Made by a program: the position numbers and the translations under genes
Source of the DNA: Roseibacillus sp.
GTDB lineage: Bacteria > Verrucomicrobiota > Verrucomicrobiia > Verrucomicrobiales > Akkermansiaceae
Assembly: GCA_051251855.1 (NCBI GenBank)
Contig: JBPOGI010000007.1
Location: forward strand, 1 to 64,000
Reading direction: 5' to 3'
Length of the DNA stretch: 64,000 nt
The notes under the pieces: model-generated
The model's database searches: none
The model's input: only the letters and a program-made list of their open reading frames with translations
Told to the model about the DNA's origin: nothing
Shown: positions 27,077-36,001 of the stretch, piece by piece
Layout: each line of letters opens with the position of its first letter
How positions within the stretch are numbered: the first letter of the stretch is position 1

Positions 27077-27910
27077 ATGGGTATTTTTAAAAAACCACCA
27101 TTGCGAGGCGGCAAACGCAACCAAGGCCTCCCCGATGATCTTTGGACCAAGTGCCATCAATGCGACGAGCTCATTCACACCCTTGACCTCAAGCAGCACA
27201 ACCATGTTTGCCCTCATTGCAGCAATCATTTCCTCCTTCCTTCGCGCGCCCGTATCGAGCTCCTTGCTGACTCGGGTTCCTTCGAAGAAATGGACCACGC
27301 CCTCTTCTCCGCCAATCCTCTCGGCTTCAACAATTACCCCGAGAAGATCGAGTCCATGCGAGAGAAAACAGAGCTCAATGATGCCGTCGTCACTGGCCGA
27401 GCAACCATCGATGGCTTCCCAGTCACTCTCGCCGTGATGGACTTCAAGTTTTTTGCCGGTTCTATGGGCTCCGTTGTTGGTGAAAAAATCACCCGCGCCA
27501 TCGAGACCGCAACCGCAGAAAAACGCGCGGTCATCATCGTCTCAGCATCGTCGGGAGCACGCATGCAAGAAGGGATGCTCTCCCTCATGCAAATGGCCAA
27601 AACCTGCGGCGCTCTATCCCGCCATCAAGAAGCATCTCTTCCCTACTTCTCCATCCTCACCCACCCCACCACGGGCGGAGTTACCGCATCCTTCGCCACC
27701 ATCGGCGACATCAACATAGCAGAACCCGGCTGCATGATCGGTTTTGCCGGTCCTCGCGTGATTAAGGAAACCACTCACCAAGACCTCCCCAAAGGATTCC
27801 AAACCGCCGAGTTCATGCTTCAGCACGGCCTCGTAGACGCCATCGTCCCCCGCAAAGAACTCCGCCCCAAAATTGCCGAAATTCTCGCCTACCTCATGCC
27901 TCGCTCATAG
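27077..27910 (+). CDS. accD: Acetyl-CoA carboxylase carboxyltransferase beta subunit
   Basis: LWTKC..C...CPHC zinc finger; GSMGSVVGEK, GARMQEG and PTTGGV motifs. Confidence 0.97.
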   Translation: MGIFKKPPLRGGKRNQGLPDDLWTKCHQCDELIHTLDLKQHNHVCPHCSNHFLLPSRARIELLADSGSFEEMDHALFSANPLGFNNYPEKIESMREKTELNDAVVTGRATIDGFPVTLAVMDFKFFAGSMGSVVGEKITRAIETATAEKRAVIIVSASSGARMQEGMLSLMQMAKTCGALSRHQEASLPYFSILTHPTTGGVTASFATIGDINIAEPGCMIGFAGPRVIKETTHQDLPKGFQTAEFMLQHGLVDAIVPRKELRPKIAEILAYLMPRS

Positions 27911-27941
27911 GCCAGCTCGGTGGTATTTCGGCCCCATCTTC

Positions 27942-30386
27942 ATGCGCACCAGCACTCTCATCATCGCCGTTGGCCTTCTTCTTGCAAGAGGCCTGCAATC
28001 TCAACCGACTCTCGATTCCGCGCAGAATGCTCTTGCCGAGTCACTCCCCGAGGTCGCAGTCGCGCGAACAGAACGCTATCTCGCCTCCAACCCAAATATA
28101 GAGGGAGAGGAGAAGACGGCAGCCCTTCTTCTCTTGGGAGAATCCTACCTTCGCACAAACCAATCCGCGAAAGCGCTCGAGACCTTGGGCAAAGTTCCTG
28201 ACAGTGCAGCCTCGGCACGTAACTACTGGCAAGGCATGGCTCTGGCACATCAAAAGGAGTATCAAGAATCCTTAGAGAAACTCTCCTCGGTTGAAAGTAG
28301 GCACCCTCTCTACAGCCACGCACTCTTCAATTCTCTCGAGTTACGTATCAGTCAAAATGAGAGCGCCCTCGCATTCGACCTCCTCACTAAACTGCGAACC
28401 TCTCACCCCGAATTCCTCCCCTCCCAGCTCACCTTGTTAGAGGCACAGCTCTACCTCACCATTGGCGAACCAAACAAAGCACGCACAACACTACTCACTC
28501 TCGAAAAAGAAGCCCCCCCCTCTCCTGCCCGCAAACTACTCGCTGGTAAAATCGAACTTGCAGCCCTTCAACCTGAATCAGCCCTCAAAGCCTTCGACGA
28601 AGCCCTTACCCCCGAAGCCCCTGCCAGAGTGAAAATCCTCGCACTCTTGGGAAAGTGCGACGCCCAACTCCAAACCTCTGCCTTTGAAGACGCTCTCGAT
28701 TCCATTCTTCTCCTGCTGAAGACAGACGAAAGCGAGAACCTGCAAAGCCTTGCCGCCAACCGCCTCGAACTACTCGTCAAAACAGCAACCTCCAAAGAAA
28801 ACTTAGTCGCTCCCCTCACTACTTTCGCAAAGCCAAGCACTCTCGGAGAAGACGGCAACCTCCTTTCCCCCCAAAAGCTCCTCGCCTGCTACGCTCTCTC
28901 TCGCATTTCGGAACCCGCCCGTTCAAGGGAACTCCTGCAACTCATCACCACCCTTTCTCCCGAAGGCGAACTCTCTGCCCAAGCCCATCTACAACTGGGA
29001 AAACTCGCTTGGGAAAACGGAGACTCCAACGGCGCGTTAGCCTCGCTGCAAGATGCCCAAAATGCGGCCCCAGGCTCCCCGTTTGCATTGAAGGCCCTCG
29101 ATCTCTCCGCCCGAATTAAAACCAAAGCAGGTGACCTCACCTCAGCCCTTGCACTCTTTGAAGAGGCGTCCCAGCACCCCAACCCTCGCTTTGCAGAACA
29201 AGCCCTCCTCAATCAAGCCCTCCTCACTCTCGCGACCACTCCGGACGCCCCCTTGTTGGCGGTAGTATCTCAACTTGAATCCGAAGAAGCCAAAGTCTCC
29301 CTCGAACTCGAACGTGCTCTTGCCTTGGCCCACGAAAAAAAAACCTCCGCGCGAGTCGCGCTCCAAGATTTCCTCTTCCAGCACCCCGATCATCCTCGCA
29401 CCGCCCAAGCCCGCCTCGCCCTCACCGACATCCTCCTTTCAGAACAACAACCCGACTTTGACCTGATTGATATTCAGTTAGCTTCCCTCCCCCAGGGACT
29501 GGAACGCTCTCTTTCTCGACAGCGATTTCGCATTCACCACGAGCTCGGAACCATTACCGGCGACTGGACCCAGGCAAAATCCAACGGAGAGAGACATCGC
29601 AAAGACTTTCCCCAAGCCGAAGACGATCCTTACTTCTTGCTCCGCCTCGGCGAAAGTTACTACCGAAACGGCGACTTCAACCAATCGCGCATTCTCTATT
29701 CAAAAGTCGCCTCTCTCCCCGATGCAGGCGAACTCGTTGAACTCGCCCTCTATTACTACGCCCTCTCAAACCTCGAAATACCCACTCCAGCGGCTACTAC
29801 CCAAGCCCTTGATACCCTTGATGATCTCATCAAAAGAGCGGGCCCCCTCGCCTCTTGGGCACGCCTCACCAAGGCTCGCACTCAACTCAAAGACCTCGGC
29901 AGAGCGCAAGAATGCCTCGAAACACTGGAGGGGATCCCAGGAGATCCTGGCGACCAACCCGAACCAGCGCTCCTTTCCGCACAAGCCTACCGAGACCTCG
30001 CCGCAGGTGACCCTGAGCTCGCTCAAAAAGCAGTCTCCATCTATCGCCGCCTGCTCGACGACCCCCGAACCAGCTACCCTCTTTCCAACCAAATCCATTA
30101 CCAGCTCTCGCGCACTTATTCGGAAAGCGGCCAACCTAACCTCGCCATCGACCCCTGCCTCAGTGTCGTTGATCTCGAAAACCGAGCTCCTGACGAAACC
30201 GAAGTCGAGTGGGAGTATTACTATCGCTGCGGATTCGAAGCCATCGATATTCTCCTCGAAGCCCAACACAATCGCGCGGCTCTCCTTCTTGCTCGAAAAC
30301 TTGCTCAAACCAAAGGACCTAGCGCCGATGAAGCGAAGGAGCGCGCACGACAAATTCAATTAGAGCATCAACTTTTTGAGGACTAA
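27942..30386 (+). CDS. Secreted tetratricopeptide repeat protein
   Basis: Signal peptide from ATG 27942; repeated helical TPR-like motifs (LGESY..). Confidence 0.8.
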   Translation: MRTSTLIIAVGLLLARGLQSQPTLDSAQNALAESLPEVAVARTERYLASNPNIEGEEKTAALLLLGESYLRTNQSAKALETLGKVPDSAASARNYWQGMALAHQKEYQESLEKLSSVESRHPLYSHALFNSLELRISQNESALAFDLLTKLRTSHPEFLPSQLTLLEAQLYLTIGEPNKARTTLLTLEKEAPPSPARKLLAGKIELAALQPESALKAFDEALTPEAPARVKILALLGKCDAQLQTSAFEDALDSILLLLKTDESENLQSLAANRLELLVKTATSKENLVAPLTTFAKPSTLGEDGNLLSPQKLLACYALSRISEPARSRELLQLITTLSPEGELSAQAHLQLGKLAWENGDSNGALASLQDAQNAAPGSPFALKALDLSARIKTKAGDLTSALALFEEASQHPNPRFAEQALLNQALLTLATTPDAPLLAVVSQLESEEAKVSLELERALALAHEKKTSARVALQDFLFQHPDHPRTAQARLALTDILLSEQQPDFDLIDIQLASLPQGLERSLSRQRFRIHHELGTITGDWTQAKSNGERHRKDFPQAEDDPYFLLRLGESYYRNGDFNQSRILYSKVASLPDAGELVELALYYYALSNLEIPTPAATTQALDTLDDLIKRAGPLASWARLTKARTQLKDLGRAQECLETLEGIPGDPGDQPEPALLSAQAYRDLAAGDPELAQKAVSIYRRLLDDPRTSYPLSNQIHYQLSRTYSESGQPNLAIDPCLSVVDLENRAPDETEVEWEYYYRCGFEAIDILLEAQHNRAALLLARKLAQTKGPSADEAKERARQIQLEHQLFED

Positions 30387-30422
30387 GCCCTATAAAGGCT
30401 CACCCACCGGCAAAGACGTGCG

Positions 30423-31367
30423 CTAGGCCTTCAAGTAAGGTGAAAGAACTCCCTCAAATTCCGAGTCAGCGATGACTTCCTTCAGGAGCTTCACCGCCGT
30501 AGGAATATGAGGCCGATACCATTCATTGTGGAAATTCTCGACGATATTTCCGTAAGCACCCAGCGCTTGCATCAGACGCTGAATCGCACAATCACGGAGT
30601 AACTGCGGGATCGGACGCTCCTCGGTAATGTCCTCCCATAGGTCCAGCAACCGTTCGCGATCCTCTGGGCTATGGTCCATGTAAGGATCATAGATGAAGG
30701 AAGCGAGGTCATACTCTTGATGGCCCCAGCGCATCCCTTGGAAGTCGATCAGAAAAGCCTGACCATCATGGAGAATAATGTTCTGAGATTGCAAATCACG
30801 ATGCACCAGATGGCGATGACTCTTACCCAGACGAGTGCTCAAGGCACTGAGAGCCTCATGGTCACGAAGCTCTCCACCATCCATCCCCAAATGGTCTCCC
30901 ACAAAGTGATCGATGAAGTAGTTCTGCTCCCACTCATAAGTCTCGGTAGTGAACGGAGGCATCATTTCCAAATCCTTCGGCACCTTGGTGTAAGCCAACT
31001 TGTCCAGCTGAGAAAAAACAGAACGGTAATAGGGCTCACGCGTCTCATAGGATTCATTCTTCAATGATAACAAATCCGCCTCCCCCAAGTCTTCGACAAT
31101 TGCCAGGCCCTTGGGCTGATTGTCATAGAGCACGATCGGAACATTGAGCTTTGCTGACTTCAAGAACGCCGCAATTGGAAGGAAATACCCGTTGTCCTTG
31201 CGCTCATCGGTATAGTGCAACCCGATGAAGGTGGGGTGACCGTCAGGCTTCAGGCGGGCCAAAGTCCGTCCCGAGGCTCCGCTCGTGATGGGCTCAAGAA
31301 TCACCTTGTGCGTTGGGTAAAGATTAAGGTGCTGTCGAATTGCAGTCAGGAGGAGGTCGGCGGCCAT
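30423..31367 (-). CDS. Aminoglycoside phosphotransferase family kinase (AmgK-like)
   Basis: GASGR, EDLG, HRDLQSQN, IDFQG and QRLMQALGAY motifs. Confidence 0.85.
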   Translation of the reverse strand: MAADLLLTAIRQHLNLYPTHKVILEPITSGASGRTLARLKPDGHPTFIGLHYTDERKDNGYFLPIAAFLKSAKLNVPIVLYDNQPKGLAIVEDLGEADLLSLKNESYETREPYYRSVFSQLDKLAYTKVPKDLEMMPPFTTETYEWEQNYFIDHFVGDHLGMDGGELRDHEALSALSTRLGKSHRHLVHRDLQSQNIILHDGQAFLIDFQGMRWGHQEYDLASFIYDPYMDHSPEDRERLLDLWEDITEERPIPQLLRDCAIQRLMQALGAYGNIVENFHNEWYRPHIPTAVKLLKEVIADSEFEGVLSPYLKA

Positions 31368-31450
31368 GAGTCAAAGGTGTGAAGGCGATGATGAAAGGCA
31401 GTGCAGGGATTTTGTCAATCGTGGGAAGCTACTTTGTCCCTTCATAAAAC

Positions 31451-31479
31451 AAAAAAGACCCGACAAAGCGGGTCTTTTT
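31451..31479 (-). terminator. Rho-independent (bidirectional-looking) terminator
   Basis: aaaaaagacccg-acaaag-cgggtcttttt. Confidence 0.75.
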
Positions 31480-31508
31480 CTAAAAATCGAGGCAATAGCT
31501 ACTGAGGC

Positions 31509-32117
31509 TTAGAACCAAGAATAGACGTTATCTTGGTTCACTCCGTTCTTAGGATTAGAGCGGTTCCAATCCCCATCCTTACCACTAGACCAAGCAATTG
31601 CACGGCGAGCCACAATACGACCAGCATTGAAGGGGTCATCGAGCTTATCATCGTAGCCGTAGTCCAAGTAGAGGATGTAACCACGATTTTTACCCTTTTT
31701 CCTCCAAGGATCGTAGAGAGCCGCAGAGTTGTTATCTAGCCAGAGACCGTTGTAAGCCGTGTTCCTAGACTTTCCCTTTGCTTGCTCACCATTGTAGAAG
31801 GTTGTCTCCTTCTTGTTCATATTGTCCTCATTGATTCCTGCCAAGACAGACATGATGGGCTCAGTGGTCTCGACCTGATCATCTTCAGATGGAGCCGACT
31901 TCGAGTTTGCGGGAAGAATGTTGTAGGTATTGTAATAGGCGTCTACCGCACTAACCAAGCTGGTTAAGGCATTCTTAGCTTTCAGCTTAACAGCCTTTTT
32001 TTGAACGGAGCCCACAACGGGAACGAGAATCGCCATTAAGGTGACAATAATAGTGATGACAACGAGGAGTTCTACCAAAGTAAAACCCTTGCGGTGAGGA
32101 ACGGGACAATTTTTCAT
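31509..32117 (-). CDS. Prepilin-type N-terminal methylation (pseudopilin) protein
   Basis: KGFTLVELLVVITII class III signal after ATG 32117; DPW motif. Confidence 0.88.
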   Translation of the reverse strand: MKNCPVPHRKGFTLVELLVVITIIVTLMAILVPVVGSVQKKAVKLKAKNALTSLVSAVDAYYNTYNILPANSKSAPSEDDQVETTEPIMSVLAGINEDNMNKKETTFYNGEQAKGKSRNTAYNGLWLDNNSAALYDPWRKKGKNRGYILYLDYGYDDKLDDPFNAGRIVARRAIAWSSGKDGDWNRSNPKNGVNQDNVYSWF

Positions 32118-32397
32118 AAAGTTTTTAAGTGTGGTTGCGTGAACACTCAAATTACGAAAGAAAACACCGACTTGTCCATCCAGACTTTTGCTGCTTTCCA
32201 TTCTGAAACCCATTCCAGCTCTATGAAAGCCAATCGAGTTCTTGCCAACAAGCGAGGCCCAGACACGAAAAAAGCCCCGAAAAACGGGGCTTAGAGGAGT
32301 AAGCGAAGCCATGGGAGCAACTGCGAAAATTCGCATTCTCGCCTAATCCGGCAGGATGAATAGATTCCTCCAGCAAACCTCTCGCGAGGCTTTAAGG

Positions 32398-32628
32398 CTA
32401 CTGCTTGAGGCGAATCACGTTCTCTCCTGAAGAGTTATCCACCTGCAATCGGAGGCGTTTGATATCACCAGGCGTATCGTTGATAGCTTGGAACATCTCG
32501 TTCTCTTTTTCTGTGATAACGATCTCTGCTTGTGCTTCCTGCCCCTTGGTAATGACAGACTTGCAAATCAAGACGGTGTTGAGGACACAGTGAAGTGCGA
32601 ACCCTATGAAGATAACTTTGAATTCCAT
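32398..32628 (-). CDS. Small hypothetical protein (76 aa)
   Basis: ATG-started ORF with hydrophobic N-terminus, downstream of an AT-rich region. Confidence 0.4.
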   Translation of the reverse strand: MEFKVIFIGFALHCVLNTVLICKSVITKGQEAQAEIVITEKENEMFQAINDTPGDIKRLRLQVDNSSGENVIRLKQ

Positions 32629-32876
32629 GACGCCGAATTATTAACCTAATCACTCCCGATAGGCAACATTTTTTTATAATCTCATTCTCAAAAAAGTTAA
32701 ACTTGAACGGTATTTTTGTATTAATTGAATTCTCAACAACCTTAAAACAAGCCAGTTACGGGAAACAGGACCTTAAACTTAAACTTGTCGTATTTTTTAA
32801 TAAAAATTAATTTTCCGGAGAAGTTTTACCGAAAAGGACCTCACAACTTGCAGAATAGGGGTGCCAAGGTATCACT

Positions 32877-33524
32877 TTGGCGGTGTTTCCCCTCTGTCAA
32901 AAAGTCCTGCTTGGCCTCATTTGCCTCATCTTTGTGGTCTTCTTAGGGCAAATCTTCGTTCCTGAGCTCTTTGACGACCAAACCTCTGTTCCCCGAGATC
33001 TCGCCGAAGCTTGGAATCAGCTCATCTCTGGCAACACCGACGCCCAAGTATTCCAAACCCTATCCACCACCCTTTCAGCGACCCTCATGCATGGAAGCTG
33101 GGACCATATTATCTACAATATGCTCTTTCTCTGGGTCTTTGCAGGACTGGTAGGCGAACTCCTAGGAACCCGCTGGATGCTTGCCATCTTCCTTTTTACC
33201 GCAATTGCAGGTTATGTCGGCGACGCCATTCTACGCTCAGGAAGCGTGGTCCCAGCCCTTGGTGCCTCAGGGGCCGTGATGGGCTTCGAGGGAGCCTATT
33301 TAGGTTTGGCCGTCCGCTGGTCGCTACCGAAACCGAAGATTTGGCCCATTGCACACCCCATTCCTCCTCTTCGCTTGGTGATTCTTGCGGGAGTTGGTTT
33401 CGCACTCGATATCTCAGGAGCCGTCGGAGGAAGTTCCGGCATCGCCCATGGAGCTCACTTAGGAGGATTCTTGGGTGGGCTCTTCCTGACTTCCTTCGTA
33501 GTTCGCTCTCCTCGGCTAAATTAG
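32877..33524 (+). CDS. Rhomboid intramembrane serine protease
   Basis: H..WDHIIYNM, GASGA and AHLGG motifs. Confidence 0.9.
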   Translation: MAVFPLCQKVLLGLICLIFVVFLGQIFVPELFDDQTSVPRDLAEAWNQLISGNTDAQVFQTLSTTLSATLMHGSWDHIIYNMLFLWVFAGLVGELLGTRWMLAIFLFTAIAGYVGDAILRSGSVVPALGASGAVMGFEGAYLGLAVRWSLPKPKIWPIAHPIPPLRLVILAGVGFALDISGAVGGSSGIAHGAHLGGFLGGLFLTSFVVRSPRLN

Positions 33525-33609
33525 GGTTTACTCAGAAAGGGTCCGGAAAGCCTCTCTTTTCTTAATCTCGAAAAATCAGACCGTCCTTCGAGGCTTTTCC
33601 GAACACACA

Positions 33610-35514
33610 CTAATCTTTCGCCGAAAATTCAAGCTCCTTGAAGAGGTCGCGCACAAGCTTCGGCTTGTATTCGTGCGAATACATTCCCATCCCGCTCCAC
33701 CCATTCGCTCGTCGATTGCCGGTATAGGTTTTGCGAGAGCGATAATCCTTGAGAATCCAGTAAGTGTAACCAGCGAGAGGTGGCGTATGCTGACGGAGAA
33801 CCTCCCATTGTCGTCTCAGCAGGTCTGCCTGCCAATCTTCGGTTCCCCTCTGGTCACTCTTTCCTCGCTTTCCGAGTTCGGACCACGCGCCGTTCTCCAA
33901 AATAACGATAGGCTTTCCTGGATTCAGCTCCCGCACCTTCCTCATATCTGGGTCCAGCTTCTCAAAGGGATCCATCGCTCCTCTGTATTCGTTAAATCCA
34001 ACCACATCGGCCCACTGGAAATGCGGCTCGCCAAAGTGCGGATGCCAGGCCGCCCAAGTCACCGGCAGGAGCCCTTCATCGATCTCACGCACAAGTGTAC
34101 GATTCATTTTCACAAAAGGTTCATACTCGGGGCAGAATTGGTGGCACTCATTATTCGTACACCACAAAACCACTGAGGGTCGGTTCATCAGATCCCAAAC
34201 CGCTACCCGTCCCATGGACTGGAACACCGACTGAGTATCCTCGGTCTGGGCCCCCATCGCCTTTTCCTTATACCAAAAACCGCCCCACTCCCCTGTCAGC
34301 ATCAACCCCATCTCGTCGGCTAATTGATAGACGATCGGATCGCGTTGCCGGACAGGAAGGCGGACAAAGTTGGCCCCCGCTTCTTTAGCGAGCGAGAGTA
34401 TCCGCCGGTGTTCTTCCCGCGTAATCGCCACCCCGCGCTCCGTCTCACTGTAGGCCGCCACTCCTTTTAAGAAGACCGGAACGCCATTTAGCAAAAGGCG
34501 TCCCCCGTCCACAACGAACTCCCTTAATCCAAACCGGAGTTCACAACCATCCACCGCTTTCTCTCCAATTCCCAATTGTGCTGACAACTGATGAAGGGTC
34601 GGAGTCTCAGGGCTCCAGCGAGCAGCGTCTTTACGAAGCTCCATCTCAAAGGTGACCACTCGGCTTTCGCCCTTCGCAATCGCCAGCTCTTTCGTGACCA
34701 ACAGCCCCTCCATGACAAGACTCTTCAAGCGAAGCTCACCTACAAAGTCTTTATCGGAAGCGTTCGTCACATAGGCCCGCACTTGGAGCCTTTCCCCCAT
34801 CGGCCGAACCTGTAATTTGCGGATCGTGGTTGCCCCCTCTTGCCACAGCACCACTGATCCCGTGATGCCGGCATAAGGCCAATAGTCGGGAGCTTTGGGA
34901 TAGGGAGTATGAACGGACTCGATCTCGTCCCAACCTCCATCCTCTCGCTTACGATGACTCGCCAAGCGAAGAACCTTCACCCTGAGCTCGTTTTCCCCAG
35001 ACATGAGCTTCTCAGTGACATCAATCGAAAACGGAGCTCCCAACCCTTCATGCATCGCCACTTGCTTCTCATTCAGCCACACCCGCGCACGCTCCCTCAC
35101 CCCTCGAAATTCCAGTCGATAGCGTTTTCCGGGCTCCTTCTGCACATCCAGAGTTCGACGATACCAACCTGCGCCATCGAAGCGCGCTGGATTCGCGGGC
35201 GAAACATCGTTCTTGTCCCAGAACTTACTCCCCTCCATGCCCTCCCAAGAATGCGGGACGTTCACCTCTCGATAAGCCTTCTCACCCTCGAATCGAAACT
35301 CCCATACCCCATCCAACGAAGTCCGCTGGCGCCAGCCATTGCCCTCAAGAGCCTCGAAGTCCGGTCGTATTTCCCCGTATTGAAATATAGTCGCAACCCC
35401 GTCCACCTGCCTCGTCTCCACCATCATTGCGTGCGAAAACTCAGCATGATCTCCCAAATCTGGGTCAGCAGCCAAAACGAGTGAAGAAACCAAAAAGAAA
35501 ATTCCTACTCCCAA
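33610..35514 (-). CDS. Glycoside hydrolase family 2
   Basis: SLDGVWEF, GWYRR, WSPETP.L, NRPSVVLW...NE (acid/base) and ILENG (nucleophile); TTG start at 35514 inferred from the upstream AGGAAGAG. Confidence 0.9.
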   Translation of the reverse strand: MGVGIFFLVSSLVLAADPDLGDHAEFSHAMMVETRQVDGVATIFQYGEIRPDFEALEGNGWRQRTSLDGVWEFRFEGEKAYREVNVPHSWEGMEGSKFWDKNDVSPANPARFDGAGWYRRTLDVQKEPGKRYRLEFRGVRERARVWLNEKQVAMHEGLGAPFSIDVTEKLMSGENELRVKVLRLASHRKREDGGWDEIESVHTPYPKAPDYWPYAGITGSVVLWQEGATTIRKLQVRPMGERLQVRAYVTNASDKDFVGELRLKSLVMEGLLVTKELAIAKGESRVVTFEMELRKDAARWSPETPTLHQLSAQLGIGEKAVDGCELRFGLREFVVDGGRLLLNGVPVFLKGVAAYSETERGVAITREEHRRILSLAKEAGANFVRLPVRQRDPIVYQLADEMGLMLTGEWGGFWYKEKAMGAQTEDTQSVFQSMGRVAVWDLMNRPSVVLWCTNNECHQFCPEYEPFVKMNRTLVREIDEGLLPVTWAAWHPHFGEPHFQWADVVGFNEYRGAMDPFEKLDPDMRKVRELNPGKPIVILENGAWSELGKRGKSDQRGTEDWQADLLRRQWEVLRQHTPPLAGYTYWILKDYRSRKTYTGNRRANGWSGMGMYSHEYKPKLVRDLFKELEFSAKD

Positions 35515-35584
35515 TCTCTTCCTAAAAGTCGCTCTCCCAAAGTGAGAGGTTGCTCCCTCATCGATCGAGGCGCATATTTGCCAC

Positions 35585-35974
35585 ATGAGAAAAGTATTCC
35601 TCCCTCTCTTCATCGTCTTCCTCCTTTGGTCCAAAACATTTGCAGCAGAGGAAACGACAGCTCCTGCCGGAGTCTTGCGACATATTGTCATGGTTCAGTT
35701 CAAAAAGGAGACCACTCCTGAGACTGTGAAAGCACTCGAACTCCAATTCGCCAGCCTCGAGAAGTCGATCGATACCATCATCGACTTTGAATGGGGATTG
35801 GCCTCGACGGTCGAAAAAGGCATGGACCAAGGCTTCACCCACTGCTTCGTGGTCACCTTCAAGGATAAGGCCGGCCTCGAGGTCTATCTCCCCCACGAAG
35901 CCCACCTCGCTTTTGTGGAAGTCTTCAAGCCCGAAATCGAAAAGGTTCTCGTCCTCGACTATGTAGCGCAATAG
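35585..35974 (+). CDS. Dabb (stress-responsive A/B barrel) family protein
   Basis: LRHIVMVQFK, GFTHCFVVTF and YLPH.AH motifs. Confidence 0.9.
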   Translation: MRKVFLPLFIVFLLWSKTFAAEETTAPAGVLRHIVMVQFKKETTPETVKALELQFASLEKSIDTIIDFEWGLASTVEKGMDQGFTHCFVVTFKDKAGLEVYLPHEAHLAFVEVFKPEIEKVLVLDYVAQ

Positions 35975-36001
35975 GCCTGGAACAAGCTTACCCCTTCCCC
36001 A

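Noticed and set aside
35515..35691. Extended GH2 N-terminus overlapping the Dabb gene
   Set aside because: It would leave no room for divergent promoters; TTG at 35514 has a purine-rich RBS-like sequence
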